DNA of 64,000 bases from Chthoniobacterales bacterium (GTDB taxonomy: Bacteria > Verrucomicrobiota > Verrucomicrobiia > Chthoniobacterales > UBA6821): the NCBI GenBank assembly GCA_019747895.1, contig JAIEQF010000019.1:792-64791 (forward strand), given 5' to 3'. Shown one piece after another: positions 44,730 through 54,159 of this stretch (its first letter is position 1; every line of letters begins with the position of its first letter). The notes below the pieces were generated by a model, which was not told the DNA's origin, ran no database searches, and saw nothing but the letters and a program-made list of their open reading frames with translations. A program made the position numbers and the translations under genes.

Positions 44730-45104
44730 ATGAAAAATTTTCATTTAAGTTATCTGTTTACATTGCTGATATTTCTTCTATCAGGTTGTGTCACATTACA
44801 TCGACCGAATGAACAACTTGCTGCCGTGTTAAGCAGCTATCATGTGCCCCAGGAAACTTATGACAAAATGATCTATGAGAGAGAAATTGACTATAGTGAC
44901 ATCATGAATTTAGAAAAAAGCAAGGTCCCTACTTCCATCACGACTAAATATTTGAACGACTATAACACAGAGTGCATGAGAGAGCGCATGAAATCTGAGC
45001 AAGAAGATATGAAATCTGACCAGGAATGGGAGAGGACACAGAAGAAGTTTGCTCATGATGCTAAGCGGGATTTTAAAAAATTTGAAAAGAGGAGAAAGTT
45101 TTGA
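44730..45104 (+). CDS. small lipoprotein, paralog of 48722..49237
   Basis: It has the lipobox LLSGC and the shared block SSYHVPQETYDKM..DYSDI..VP..I..YL. Confidence 0.6.
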   Translation: MKNFHLSYLFTLLIFLLSGCVTLHRPNEQLAAVLSSYHVPQETYDKMIYEREIDYSDIMNLEKSKVPTSITTKYLNDYNTECMRERMKSEQEDMKSDQEWERTQKKFAHDAKRDFKKFEKRRKF

Positions 45105-45914
45105 TCAACGCCCTAATTGGGTGGCTCGTTGAATAGCGGCTTGAACAGCTTTTCCAACAATTGCATTTAAATCAGCTTGATCCAGAACCTGTAATCCCGC
45201 AGCTGTGGTCCCTTGGGGACTCGAGATTTCGTGACGGAGAGATTCAGGTGTTGCGGAGGTTTCTAAAACCAGTGCTGCAGCTGCTTCTAAAGTGTGTGCA
45301 GCAAGCTGACGCGAGAGTTTAGGATCAAGGCTAGCTTTGATGCCGGCTTCCATCAGACCTTCTAAAAAAAGGAGAGCAAAAGCAGGGCCACTGCCACTGA
45401 GAGCTGTAACCGCATCCATTTTTTCTTCAGAGACCTCTTCGAGAGTCGCGCTCTTTGAAAAAATTGTTTTCACCAAGAGAAAGTCTTCTGGAGTCGTAGA
45501 AGTATGAGGTGAGAGAACAATCGTTCCTTTTCCAACGCGCACGGCGGTGTTGGGCATGGCACGTAGGATACGAGCTTTTCCAGCAGCAGCTTGAAAAAGA
45601 TCTTCCGATCGAATGCCTGTTGCCATCGAAACAAGCAACTTGTTGGTTAAACTTTTTTGAGAAGCAGTAATGGTTGCAAGGGCCTGAGCAGGCTTGGTGC
45701 AGAGGATGATGATCGAAGTAGCCTCGATGGCTTGATCGTTACTCGTTGCGGAAGTGACTCCAAATTCTTCGGCTAAGCGCTTAGCGGAGACTCCACTATG
45801 AGAAGTGACAATGATTTCGTTGGGCGCGACGCTTTCCGTTTTGAGCAATCCTTGAATAAGAGCTCGGGCGATGCGTCCAGAGCCGAGGAAGGCTATTTTT
45901 GTAGGTTTATGCAT
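45105..45914 (-). CDS. proC: pyrroline-5-carboxylate reductase
   Basis: It has the Rossmann motif IAFLGSGRIARAL and the C-terminal SPQGTTAAGL motif. The ATG at 45914 is preferred over the track start at 46025. Confidence 0.9.
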   Translation of the reverse strand: MHKPTKIAFLGSGRIARALIQGLLKTESVAPNEIIVTSHSGVSAKRLAEEFGVTSATSNDQAIEATSIIILCTKPAQALATITASQKSLTNKLLVSMATGIRSEDLFQAAAGKARILRAMPNTAVRVGKGTIVLSPHTSTTPEDFLLVKTIFSKSATLEEVSEEKMDAVTALSGSGPAFALLFLEGLMEAGIKASLDPKLSRQLAAHTLEAAAALVLETSATPESLRHEISSPQGTTAAGLQVLDQADLNAIVGKAVQAAIQRATQLGR

Positions 45915-46161
45915 GTTACTGTTTACCAGTTTCCTTGGCTTGCGTGTAACAATGCAGCGCTTTCTTTGGCTGTTAACATTTTCTCTCCGGAGTGATCGAT
46001 AGAAAACGCAGCGCTTTTTGTCCAATCAAGTTTTTTATGTGGAGGGCTATTTTTTTCTGGAACAAGGCGTGCTAATGATTTTTCTTTTCGAGTCTTCATA
46101 ATTTCAACTGGTAACTTCAACTAGAGCTTTTGTCCAAAAGTATTTTTGGACAAGGCTCTCA

Positions 46162-47997
46162 TCATGGCGTTAATAAAAAAGGTTTAATCCCCGGAGGATC
46201 AACACGGATATTGCCTTGTTGTGAAGGGGTAAGATTGTTGATTAAGGCTTCAAAAAGTTGTTCATCATGTTCGATGGTAGCTTGAGCTGCTTGAGGAAGA
46301 TGATGGAGTTGCAAAATAAGAATAGAGTTATAATAGGCGGCAGCCAAGGCGCGACGTTCTGTGGGAGCCAGTGATGAGATTTCAGAGCGATCAAAAAGAA
46401 TTTCTGTTGGAGCTTCTGCTGAAAGTAAATTTTGTTTTCCATAGAGGGTGACTCCTTTTCCGATGGCAAGAGGCCTCCAGGCTGGGGCTTTGAGAAAGAA
46501 ACTCTGCCAGTCAAGGCGGCTATTTTCTACCAACGCAATTTGCACATCATAACGATCGAGTAAGCTGCTATCTTGCTCTGACCCGAGAGCCTCATAATCT
46601 TTCCAAAGTTCGTTAGGATGTGGCGCGAAGAAAGAATCGATGAAGACTTTTTTTTGTTCTTTCCAAAGTAAAGAGGCGTAGCTTCCGGTGACAATGGTGG
46701 TGAAGCAAGGAGCGTCGAAGAAATGAGTCTTCGCGAAGTTGTAAGGAGCGTCATCAAAAACAGCAGCTTTACCAAAACCAAAGACGCGTCCTTTTTCTTT
46801 AAAAAAGAATTCGCTTTGCTGAGAGTAAGTCAGGTTGATGATTCCAGCGATCGCGACAAGAATCGCAAGGGTAGTGCCTCGAAGGGCCATGGCACCTATG
46901 CGTGACGCCCAAAGTTCGAGGGGAGGAAGCGTTGCGGTCAAAATGAAAATCGAAACGATCGTTAAATAGCCAGTGCCACGAAGGTAGCAAAACCCAAAAT
47001 AAGTTGTCAGCGCTAAGAGGCCTATCATTCCTAGTTTATGGGGGCCACGATAGAAAAGGAGAAAGATCCAGGCAACGAGCGCCAGCAGCATTGAAGACCA
47101 GGCTGCAGGATGATGCATCACTTTCCATGTGGGAATGAAGTCTCCGCTGAGTGGTGCAGCACTTTTTCCCCAGATGGGTTGAGCCATTTTTGTAGAGAGC
47201 TCTTGAGTAGCGGAAGGATGGCGTTCTTTTTTTAAAAAATGTGTTAAGGAAGAAGCGGTGTGAGTGAGCGATGCAGTGAGAAGTTGTCTTGGTTGCCAAC
47301 TGTAGGTCAAGGTCACCAGCAAAAGGAGTGTGAGCGTGAGTAGTGCTCTGCAGCTAGGGAGAGATTCGGAAAGTGGACCACGACGTAGAAGGTTTTCTAA
47401 TAAATCGCCTCCATAGAGCAGGAGCAGCGAAAGAATTCCCAGCAAGTAAGAAGGATGAATCAATGACCAAATGAAAAAAAGAGGAACATAAGAGGCAATG
47501 AGTTTCCATCCTCCACGACGTGTGTGTTGCACATAGAGAGCCAAGGTCAGAGGAAAGAGCGCCAGTGAAATAATGGAATTGCGAACAACTTGCAGCTGGC
47601 TTGTTCCAAGGCAAAAACCAAAAAAGAGTAGGAGCACTAGTGGTATCCATTTTTGTTCCTCTTGCAGTTTCTTTTTCCAGGGAATGAGGACGAAATAAGC
47701 ACCACCAAACAAACAGACGAGGACGAGGAGCTGCAGAGCCACTGTTCCTCCCCAGCGAAAAAGAAGTGCTAGTCCCGTATCTCCCAGAAACGTGTTGAGG
47801 AGCTCTCGGGCATAGCCTGTGGCGGTGGGCGTAAAATAAAAAAATCCTGCTGCAGGAAAAAGAGTGTGCTGTTGCAGCATCTGCTGACCCCACGCGATGT
47901 GCCACCAGACATCAGCGTTGTGGATGTGAAAAAAGCCGATTAAGGTTCCCAATAGGATGGCTACAATACCAAGTGCCCAAAGTGATTTTTGATTCAT
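46162..47997 (-). CDS. polytopic membrane protein (about 12 TM plus a C-terminal soluble domain), function unknown
   Basis: It is a long hydrophobic ORF. The ATG at 47997 (MNQKSLWALGIVAILLG) avoids overlap with the upstream gene. A GT-C-like role is only a guess. Confidence 0.55.
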   Translation of the reverse strand: MNQKSLWALGIVAILLGTLIGFFHIHNADVWWHIAWGQQMLQQHTLFPAAGFFYFTPTATGYARELLNTFLGDTGLALLFRWGGTVALQLLVLVCLFGGAYFVLIPWKKKLQEEQKWIPLVLLLFFGFCLGTSQLQVVRNSIISLALFPLTLALYVQHTRRGGWKLIASYVPLFFIWSLIHPSYLLGILSLLLLYGGDLLENLLRRGPLSESLPSCRALLTLTLLLLVTLTYSWQPRQLLTASLTHTASSLTHFLKKERHPSATQELSTKMAQPIWGKSAAPLSGDFIPTWKVMHHPAAWSSMLLALVAWIFLLFYRGPHKLGMIGLLALTTYFGFCYLRGTGYLTIVSIFILTATLPPLELWASRIGAMALRGTTLAILVAIAGIINLTYSQQSEFFFKEKGRVFGFGKAAVFDDAPYNFAKTHFFDAPCFTTIVTGSYASLLWKEQKKVFIDSFFAPHPNELWKDYEALGSEQDSSLLDRYDVQIALVENSRLDWQSFFLKAPAWRPLAIGKGVTLYGKQNLLSAEAPTEILFDRSEISSLAPTERRALAAAYYNSILILQLHHLPQAAQATIEHDEQLFEALINNLTPSQQGNIRVDPPGIKPFLLTP

Positions 47998-48064
47998 AAC
48001 AAAAAAAACATCCTGGAGGTAATCCAGGATGTTTTCAAGGTTAGGTTTGCTTTTCCAGCTCGTT

Positions 48065-48562
48065 TTAGTTATCGTTTCCGATAGTAATAAAGGAAGGGAT
48101 ATAGCTTGGTTTATTAGGGATATTTTTGGTTGAAAAGAGAGATATAGCATAGCTCTTGCCGTCGCTTCCAATATTGACAAAAGGAGGAACTTCAACACGG
48201 TCCGTAGTGGTATACCAGTTTGCACCATCATAAGAGATTGAGACAAAATCAGTTCCAGCCAGGTAGAAGAGATGTTTTTGTTCGTCACAGGTCATGTTGC
48301 GAATGGGACTAGGAAAGGAGAGTGTTACTTTGTAGTCAAGCTGACCAGCTTTTTTCCAATCAGTTTGAGTAAAAACATTGTAATTATTGTCGCTCTCTTT
48401 TGTGAGAATGACGTCTACCCAATCAGGTTGAGCATATTGCAACAAGCCCTCGAATGCTACTTTGCTAATATCAAAGGTCGGTTGGTTGACTTCTGCCATG
48501 GAGGCGCTTGAAATTATCAATGCCATGAGTAAGGTTGCTTTTAATGTCTGTTTTAATTTCAT
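48065..48562 (-). CDS. secreted hypothetical protein (165 aa)
   Basis: It has the signal peptide MKLKQTLKATLLMALIISSASMA. I recognise no motif. Confidence 0.55.
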   Translation of the reverse strand: MKLKQTLKATLLMALIISSASMAEVNQPTFDISKVAFEGLLQYAQPDWVDVILTKESDNNYNVFTQTDWKKAGQLDYKVTLSFPSPIRNMTCDEQKHLFYLAGTDFVSISYDGANWYTTTDRVEVPPFVNIGSDGKSYAISLFSTKNIPNKPSYIPSFITIGNDN

Positions 48563-48721
48563 ATTATTGGGTTGGGTGTATTGGTTGAACTACTTAAATG
48601 AGTGGGGTAAGTAGTTGTGATATATTTGACATCTCTGTTAAGAAAACGTTCAAATTTTTTTTAAACCTGATCAAATAATCTAGCTTAACGTAGCACGAAA
48701 AGCTAAAAAAGAAAGAGTCCT

Positions 48722-49237
48722 ATGAAAAAAACCTTTTCTTTTTTTAATATTGTTGGAGGGGGCGTTCTTCTTTTCTTGCTCGCGGCTTGTGCTACTGGTC
48801 CCAAAGTGGATCCTCAAGTCACCGCTGCTGTCAGCGCTCATCAGGTCTCAGCCGAGACTTATGATAAGATGGAGCGAGGGGGAGCGCTAGACTACAGCGA
48901 CATTGCACAACTCGTACAACACGGAGTGCCTTCCAACATCATCGTTGGATATTTGCGGAGCACGGAATGCGTTTACAATTTTTCTTACGAACAATTGCAA
49001 CAATTGCATCACCTGGGAGCAACGCCTCAAGTCCTTAATTATTTGAGCGAGACGCAAGGTTTTTACGGGAACAATACACCCCCTCCACAGCACGGCTCCA
49101 AAGTTCCAAAATATATCCGAACCAATTCGATGTTGAATCAGGATAAGCAACCGTTCTTCTACAATGAGCCGATTGTTGATGATTGGTATGACTCGGCGTA
49201 TGAGGAGTCCTGCTACTCTCCGTTCTCATTTAATTAA
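48722..49237 (+). CDS. lipoprotein, paralog of 44730..45104
   Basis: It has the lipobox LLAAC and the shared block SAHQVSAETYDKM..DYSDI..VP..I..YL. Confidence 0.6.
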   Translation: MKKTFSFFNIVGGGVLLFLLAACATGPKVDPQVTAAVSAHQVSAETYDKMERGGALDYSDIAQLVQHGVPSNIIVGYLRSTECVYNFSYEQLQQLHHLGATPQVLNYLSETQGFYGNNTPPPQHGSKVPKYIRTNSMLNQDKQPFFYNEPIVDDWYDSAYEESCYSPFSFN

Positions 49238-49380
49238 AATTGCCTAATAAATTCTACTGATGCGGCGAAGAGCTTCGTCGTGTCGGTGCTCTCGCCATCG
49301 AGTATGATCTATACACTCAGTCGCTGTGCGCCGCCACTCCTTGCTCTTCATCCGCATCAGCGAATTTCTTAAGCAATTTT
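49236..49380. repeat. ~145-nt imperfect palindrome element, copy B
   Basis: The arms are AAAATTGCCTAATAAATTCTACTGATGCGGCGAAGAGC and GCTCTTCATCCGCATCAGCGAATTTCTTAAGCAATTTT. The core is CGGTGCTCTCGCCATCGAGTATGATCTATACACT. Confidence 0.9.
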
Positions 49381-49402
49381 CTGTATTCGTGAACCAAGGC
49401 TG

Positions 49403-49432
49403 CTACGAACTACCAACTACAAACCACGAACT
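49403..49432. repeat. period-7 repeat CTACGAA/CTACCAA/CTACAAA/CCACGAA
   Basis: Read directly from the sequence, 16 nt upstream of the first plausible comEC start. Confidence 0.8.
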
Positions 49433-49448
49433 GTCCTCCAACCGCAGG

Positions 49449-51701
49449 TTGAAGGGCAAACGCTTTCCCTTTGTGGGGCTTGTTCTGGCGGCGATGGTTG
49501 GGATTTTGAGTGAAGAGCTGCTACAATATCCGAGCTGGTGGCTGATGTTGGGATTAATGGCGGCCTTCGGAGGGTGGTTAATGGTGCGGCGCTGGCGACT
49601 TCCATTTTGCTTTTTATTAGTCGCGCTTTTTTTGGGGCTGATTCATGCCTGGCAGTGGGAAGAAGCTCCTGCGCGGCGAATCGCTTCGTTGATTAACAAT
49701 AGCAATAGCACGGTGCTCGTGAAGGGAGTGGTGACGAGTGAAGTGAAGCGTGTTGGAAAAAATCATGTTACTTTTTTGATGGAGGTGCAGCAGTTGGAAT
49801 GGAATTTCACCACGTTGACTCCCAGTGTGACGATGTTCGTTCATTGGGAGGGAGCGATGCCTGCCTATGGCGATCTGGTTTCGTTGCGAGCAGCAGCTGA
49901 GTCGTCTCCATTGCCAAAAAATCCTGGCGAGTTTAACAAAGCTGCTTGGTTGGCGCGGCAAGAAGTTTGTACGGAATTGAAGATGGATCCATCAGAACCA
50001 GGAGTAATCGTTTCATCAGGACATGGCTTTTTTCTGAAGCGTTGGGCAATCTCATGGCGTGAGCGAGCTGAGAAGGTTCTGGAATTGGGTCTTGAGGGAG
50101 AAACTTCCGTCGTGAGTATTATCAAAGGAATTGTTCTTGGCATCAAAGAAAACGAGGCGTCGATCGATGATTTCAAACTCACAGGGACGATGCATCTTTT
50201 TGCGGTGAGCGGATTGCATGTTGGGATGATTGTCATGATGATTTGGTTTTTTTTAAAATTGCTTCGATTCTCATCGCGGGTTGCTGTGCCTGTGACGCTC
50301 CTTTTTCTTTTCGCTTATGTGATGATGACAGGATGTCACATCGGAAGCTTGAGGGCAGCTGTGATGGCCTCGATTGTGTTGATAGGATTTTTGTTAGAGA
50401 GGCGGCCTCAAATTCTCAACAACTTGGCGGCTGCTGCTTTTTTGTTGCTCCTGTTCAACACGAATCTGCTTTTCTCGATGGGATGGCAGTTTTCTTTTTC
50501 CGTTGTTTTAGCCATTGTGGTCTTGGCACCGCTGTCGGAGCGCTCTTTCAAAAAATATTTTGAGTATGATTCTTTTCTTCCAAAAAGTCTCATTACACTG
50601 TGGCAAAAGCGATGGCAGCACGTCGGGAAGCATGTGGCTCAATTAATCGGTGTCTCCATCGCAGCCTGGGTAGGGGCGCTGCTGCCAACCGCTTATTATT
50701 TTCACCAAATTTCTTTTTCGGCGCTCGGAGCCAATGTTCTTGCAGTGCCGCTCACTTTTCTCATCATGTTGACTGCCTTGCTCGCCATTGGGACGGGCCT
50801 CATCACTTCATCTGGAGCGATCATTTTTAACAATGCCAATTGGCTTTTTGTCAAAATGTTGATCTGCGTCATTCATGGTTTTGCTCTCTTGCCGTGGAGT
50901 TCGTATTCGATCGCTCTTCCGTCTCCCTCGCATCCGCGATTGACGCTCTTTGCTTTTCCTGATGCTCAAGTAGCCCTATTGCAGACAGAAGGAAAGAACT
51001 GGTTGATCAATACAGGTCGTGCCGCCAACGCCACGAAAACGATCTTCCCTTTTTTGGAAACATCAGGCATCAAGCGGCTCGATGGAATTTTGTTAACAAA
51101 TGAAGAGCCAGCTTTCGCGGGTGGGGCGTCACTTTTAATAAATCAATTTTCCAAAGCAATCTTGTTGGCTCCATCAGAGCATGGGCACTCTTATTTATTT
51201 CAACGTTTGATCAAAGCTTATCGTGCAACTCACGATAATGTGATTTCACTTCAACAACGAAACCGTATCGATTTTTCCTCAGCGTGTTGGGGAGAAGTTT
51301 TTGAACCGCCCAACTCTGTCTCACTTGCTTTGAAATTGCATTTGGGAACGACAACGGTGCTGATGATTCCCGATGCTGCTGCTGGTCAGTGGCTCTTGAC
51401 CGATGTTGGGCCTGAAATGTTGCACGCAGATGTGTTGAATCTTCCTTGGAAAAATTGTGAGCTTTTACAACAAAAACCTCTGTTGACAACAATTAGACCG
51501 CGGATGCTGGTTCTACCTGATCATTTTCCAGGACAACAAAAAGTATTTCGTGATAAAGAAAAGCAGCTGCTACAGCAGCACGGCATCACGCTTTTTTCAC
51601 AAGAGGAGGCAGGTGCCATCATCATTGATGTGCTTTCGCAAAAAATAGGGGTCAGGCTTCAAATTTCAAATTTTAATAAAAGATCGGAGCTTTATTTCTA
51701 A
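49449..51701 (+). CDS. comEC: ComEC/Rec2 DNA internalisation channel protein
   Basis: It has a DUF4131-like N-terminus, a polytopic competence domain and a C-terminal MBL-like domain. The start is uncertain (TTG 49449, GTG 49473 or ATG 49494). The track start at 49326 lies inside repeat copy B. Confidence 0.8.
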   Translation: MKGKRFPFVGLVLAAMVGILSEELLQYPSWWLMLGLMAAFGGWLMVRRWRLPFCFLLVALFLGLIHAWQWEEAPARRIASLINNSNSTVLVKGVVTSEVKRVGKNHVTFLMEVQQLEWNFTTLTPSVTMFVHWEGAMPAYGDLVSLRAAAESSPLPKNPGEFNKAAWLARQEVCTELKMDPSEPGVIVSSGHGFFLKRWAISWRERAEKVLELGLEGETSVVSIIKGIVLGIKENEASIDDFKLTGTMHLFAVSGLHVGMIVMMIWFFLKLLRFSSRVAVPVTLLFLFAYVMMTGCHIGSLRAAVMASIVLIGFLLERRPQILNNLAAAAFLLLLFNTNLLFSMGWQFSFSVVLAIVVLAPLSERSFKKYFEYDSFLPKSLITLWQKRWQHVGKHVAQLIGVSIAAWVGALLPTAYYFHQISFSALGANVLAVPLTFLIMLTALLAIGTGLITSSGAIIFNNANWLFVKMLICVIHGFALLPWSSYSIALPSPSHPRLTLFAFPDAQVALLQTEGKNWLINTGRAANATKTIFPFLETSGIKRLDGILLTNEEPAFAGGASLLINQFSKAILLAPSEHGHSYLFQRLIKAYRATHDNVISLQQRNRIDFSSACWGEVFEPPNSVSLALKLHLGTTTVLMIPDAAAGQWLLTDVGPEMLHADVLNLPWKNCELLQQKPLLTTIRPRMLVLPDHFPGQQKVFRDKEKQLLQQHGITLFSQEEAGAIIIDVLSQKIGVRLQISNFNKRSELYF

Positions 51702-51729
51702 TTGAAATTTGAAGCCTGCCCCCTATTTT
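51642..51729. repeat. 30-bp-arm inverted repeat AAAATAGGGGTCAGGCTTCAAATTTCAAATT / AATTGAAATTTGAAGCCTGCCCCCTATTTT
   Basis: Read directly from the sequence, with a 27-nt loop. The left arm encodes the last ~19 comEC codons, and the stop (51699..51701) lies at the loop/right-arm junction. Confidence 0.85.
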
Positions 51730-51771
51730 ATTAGGTAGATCGTCAGTGAGGGCAACGCCGTCAGAGGAAAA

Positions 51772-51820
51772 CAAAAAACCCACTTTCAGAAATAATCTGG
51801 AAGTGGGTGATCAGTTTTTT
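51772..51820. terminator. bidirectional rho-independent terminator
   Basis: The 11-bp stem CCCACTTTCAG / CTGGAAGTGGG has a 7-nt loop. It is flanked by an A6 run on the left (T-tract for the minus-strand gene 51839..52276) and T6 on the right. Confidence 0.7.
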
Positions 51821-51838
51821 ATTAGAACAGATTTTTAA

Positions 51839-52276
51839 CTATGGCTGGACGTCAATAATAATAGTTTTTTTCTTGATGTCATAATTGGTTTCTCCAGTGA
51901 GAGTATCGCAGTAAAGCTTTGTTATTCCTACATCTTGAGCAAAAACCCACATTCGAGAGAAGAAGAAGTGGCCAACAATGCCTGCATCTGCGCTAGCCCA
52001 ATCGCTAGGGTTCCTACGAAGATATTTGTTAGTATCAAAATAAAATGAGAACTCATTTGCTGGAGTCATGTCAGGTGAAAGTGTTGCTGCGGCTTGAATT
52101 CCAAGAAAATCGCCTTTGTGGAGAATAACAGTATCGCCATCATGACAATTTACTTCACCCTCGCTCACATCTTGCTCGTCTCCTACCTCAATGGTTCCGG
52201 GATTTGTAAAAGTTGTTGCAAAAAGTGACGCTGAGCTTAATGCAAGTACTAAGAATAATAGTTTTGTTAGTTTCAT
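51839..52276 (-). CDS. secreted hypothetical protein (145 aa)
   Basis: It has the signal peptide MKLTKLLFLVLALSSASLFA. I recognise no motif. Confidence 0.55.
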   Translation of the reverse strand: MKLTKLLFLVLALSSASLFATTFTNPGTIEVGDEQDVSEGEVNCHDGDTVILHKGDFLGIQAAATLSPDMTPANEFSFYFDTNKYLRRNPSDWASADAGIVGHFFFSRMWVFAQDVGITKLYCDTLTGETNYDIKKKTIIIDVQP

Positions 52277-52373
52277 ATTAATGAAATGTTACTTTTTGAT
52301 AATTGAGGGGTAGCGATGTTTTTTAAAAAACATGTGAGTGTTATATAGGTTTTTTTTAGTGGCGCAATATTTT

Positions 52374-53243
52374 TTATTTTAAGTGATCAAAGCCTGGTGG
52401 CAAGGGGCTGGAAGCGTGGTCAGGCGGAAGTATCTTTCCAATGCAGGTGAGGGAGAGATTGGGAAAATGATCATGCCATTCTTTTTGAATGTTTGGCCAT
52501 TGGTCAGGAGCAACCGTGAGGAGGAGTTCGTAGTCCTCTCCATCGCTGATGGCTTCCTCAACGCTGCAACCTGGGTGGTAGGGGATTTTTTCTTTTTCTA
52601 AAATAAAAGAACAGTTGCTGGCGCACTCGATGCGTGGGAGGTCGCTGGCAAGGCCATCGCTGAGATCCATCATCGCATGAATGCCTGCTTGTGTTGCGAG
52701 CCACTGACCTTCTTTCAAGCGTGGAGTGAAAGTCAGATGTCGTTTACTTTTAAAAGAACCGCCTAATTTTCCCGTCACGCAAATCAAGTCATTTGGTTGA
52801 GCTGTGCTGCGAAGAAGAATAGAAGGCCCTGCAGAACCTGTAAGCGCGACGGAAAGAAAAAGTTTCCTCGGAGAACGTGCCATCTCGCCTCCTACAATGA
52901 TGATTCCAAAAGTGTGTGCGGCTTTTCCAAAACCGCGAGCTAGTTGTAGCCAGTTTTCTTGTTGCCAAGAAGAAGGAGCTGCGACAGTGATCAAAGCATG
53001 TTGAGGTATTGCTCCCATCGCAGCAAAGTCGCTGATTGGTCTGCAGAGGGCTTTCCAGCCGACATCGCTGAGATCATCTTGAGCCGTGAAGTGAACATCT
53101 TCGATCGTGGCATCTGTTTTCAGAACTAAGTTTTTCTGTTCCATCTGAACAACCGCGCAATCATCGCCACTGCCAACGATGATCGAAGCATCGTCGAGAG
53201 GTAGTTCCTTTCGAATTAAATTTAGCAAGTCATCTTCCCTCAT
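52374..53243 (-). CDS. thiL: thiamine-monophosphate kinase
   Basis: It is AIR-synthase-related: GDDCAV, KTDATIEDVHF and MMDLSDGLASDL. Confidence 0.85.
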   Translation of the reverse strand: MREDDLLNLIRKELPLDDASIIVGSGDDCAVVQMEQKNLVLKTDATIEDVHFTAQDDLSDVGWKALCRPISDFAAMGAIPQHALITVAAPSSWQQENWLQLARGFGKAAHTFGIIIVGGEMARSPRKLFLSVALTGSAGPSILLRSTAQPNDLICVTGKLGGSFKSKRHLTFTPRLKEGQWLATQAGIHAMMDLSDGLASDLPRIECASNCSFILEKEKIPYHPGCSVEEAISDGEDYELLLTVAPDQWPNIQKEWHDHFPNLSLTCIGKILPPDHASSPLPPGFDHLK

Positions 53244-53246
53244 TGG

Positions 53247-54098
53247 CTAAATGACGGCTTCTTTGAAAATCAGCAACATCACAATTGAGATTGTGTTGAA
53301 CGTTGCATGCACCATGATATTAGCCCAAAGGGAACCAGTGCGCTCATAAAGCAAGCAGAGTGCTACGGCTAAGACTGTCAGTCCTGGCATGGAAGGTAGG
53401 TGAAGATGCATTGCTGCAAAAAGAAGAGAGGAGAGTGCTATTCCCGGAACACGTCCTAGAAAGCGTCGCATCACGCCATAGAGATATCCGCGAAAAATAA
53501 ATTCCTCAGCGATCGGTGCCACCAATGTCGCCATAGCAATGAGGGAGCAACGCTCTTTCCATCCTGGATGTTTCAAAAAATAGAGGACCAACGACTGCAC
53601 ATCATTTTCATTGGAAACAAAAGGTTGTATGGCTGATTGGCTCAGGACAAGCAAGGGATAGACGGCCGCTAAATAGAGAAGTGCCATCTTGATGATCTTT
53701 CCTATGTGAGGAGGATGAAGGCCAAAGAGAGCGATGGGCTTGAGGTGGCGAAAGTAGAGGAGACCTGTAATGCCACCGACAAGACAAAAGTAGAGAAGAG
53801 AGTTAAGCGCAATCAGAGTTAGATTAATTTGTTCATCCTGACCAAAGGAATTGCAGATAACCCAGATCAACCACGCGCTAAGCAGAGAAGCTGCACCAAC
53901 GTCAACTAAGGTAAAGGGTTGTTCCGGGAGAGTGGATTTTTTTAAAATACGAGAACCGAGCCATCCGTAAAAAAGAAGAGCAAGTGCCAAGAGGAGGAAT
54001 CCCCCAATCGTAATGGACATTAATACCGTTGGATTGTTGAAGTCCAAAAATGGAGCAACGGCTGTGGAGGGTGGCACGGTTGTTGAAAGGAAAATCAT
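53247..54098 (-). CDS. CPBP family intramembrane glutamic endopeptidase (CAAX protease/Abi)
   Basis: It has the EEFIFRGYL, FAAMH and HATFN motifs and is multi-TM. Confidence 0.85.
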   Translation of the reverse strand: MIFLSTTVPPSTAVAPFLDFNNPTVLMSITIGGFLLLALALLFYGWLGSRILKKSTLPEQPFTLVDVGAASLLSAWLIWVICNSFGQDEQINLTLIALNSLLYFCLVGGITGLLYFRHLKPIALFGLHPPHIGKIIKMALLYLAAVYPLLVLSQSAIQPFVSNENDVQSLVLYFLKHPGWKERCSLIAMATLVAPIAEEFIFRGYLYGVMRRFLGRVPGIALSSLLFAAMHLHLPSMPGLTVLAVALCLLYERTGSLWANIMVHATFNTISIVMLLIFKEAVI

Positions 54099-54159
54099 AA
54101 TAAACTCAGTAAGAGTCTATCACAATAATGCTACGACAAGATGTAGAAAGAAAAAAATT

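Noticed and set aside
45923-46120. 65-aa minus-strand ORF just upstream of proC, with an MLTAKESAALL segment faintly like an excisionase/MerR-type HTH.
   Set aside because: The HTH-like segment is cut off by the stop after about 17 residues, there is no other support, and it may be a remnant or spurious.
49326-49448. Track start of comEC (MRRHSLLFIRISEF...).
   Set aside because: These codons lie inside palindrome copy B and the heptamer array. The first ComEC-like hydrophobic helix begins after 49449.
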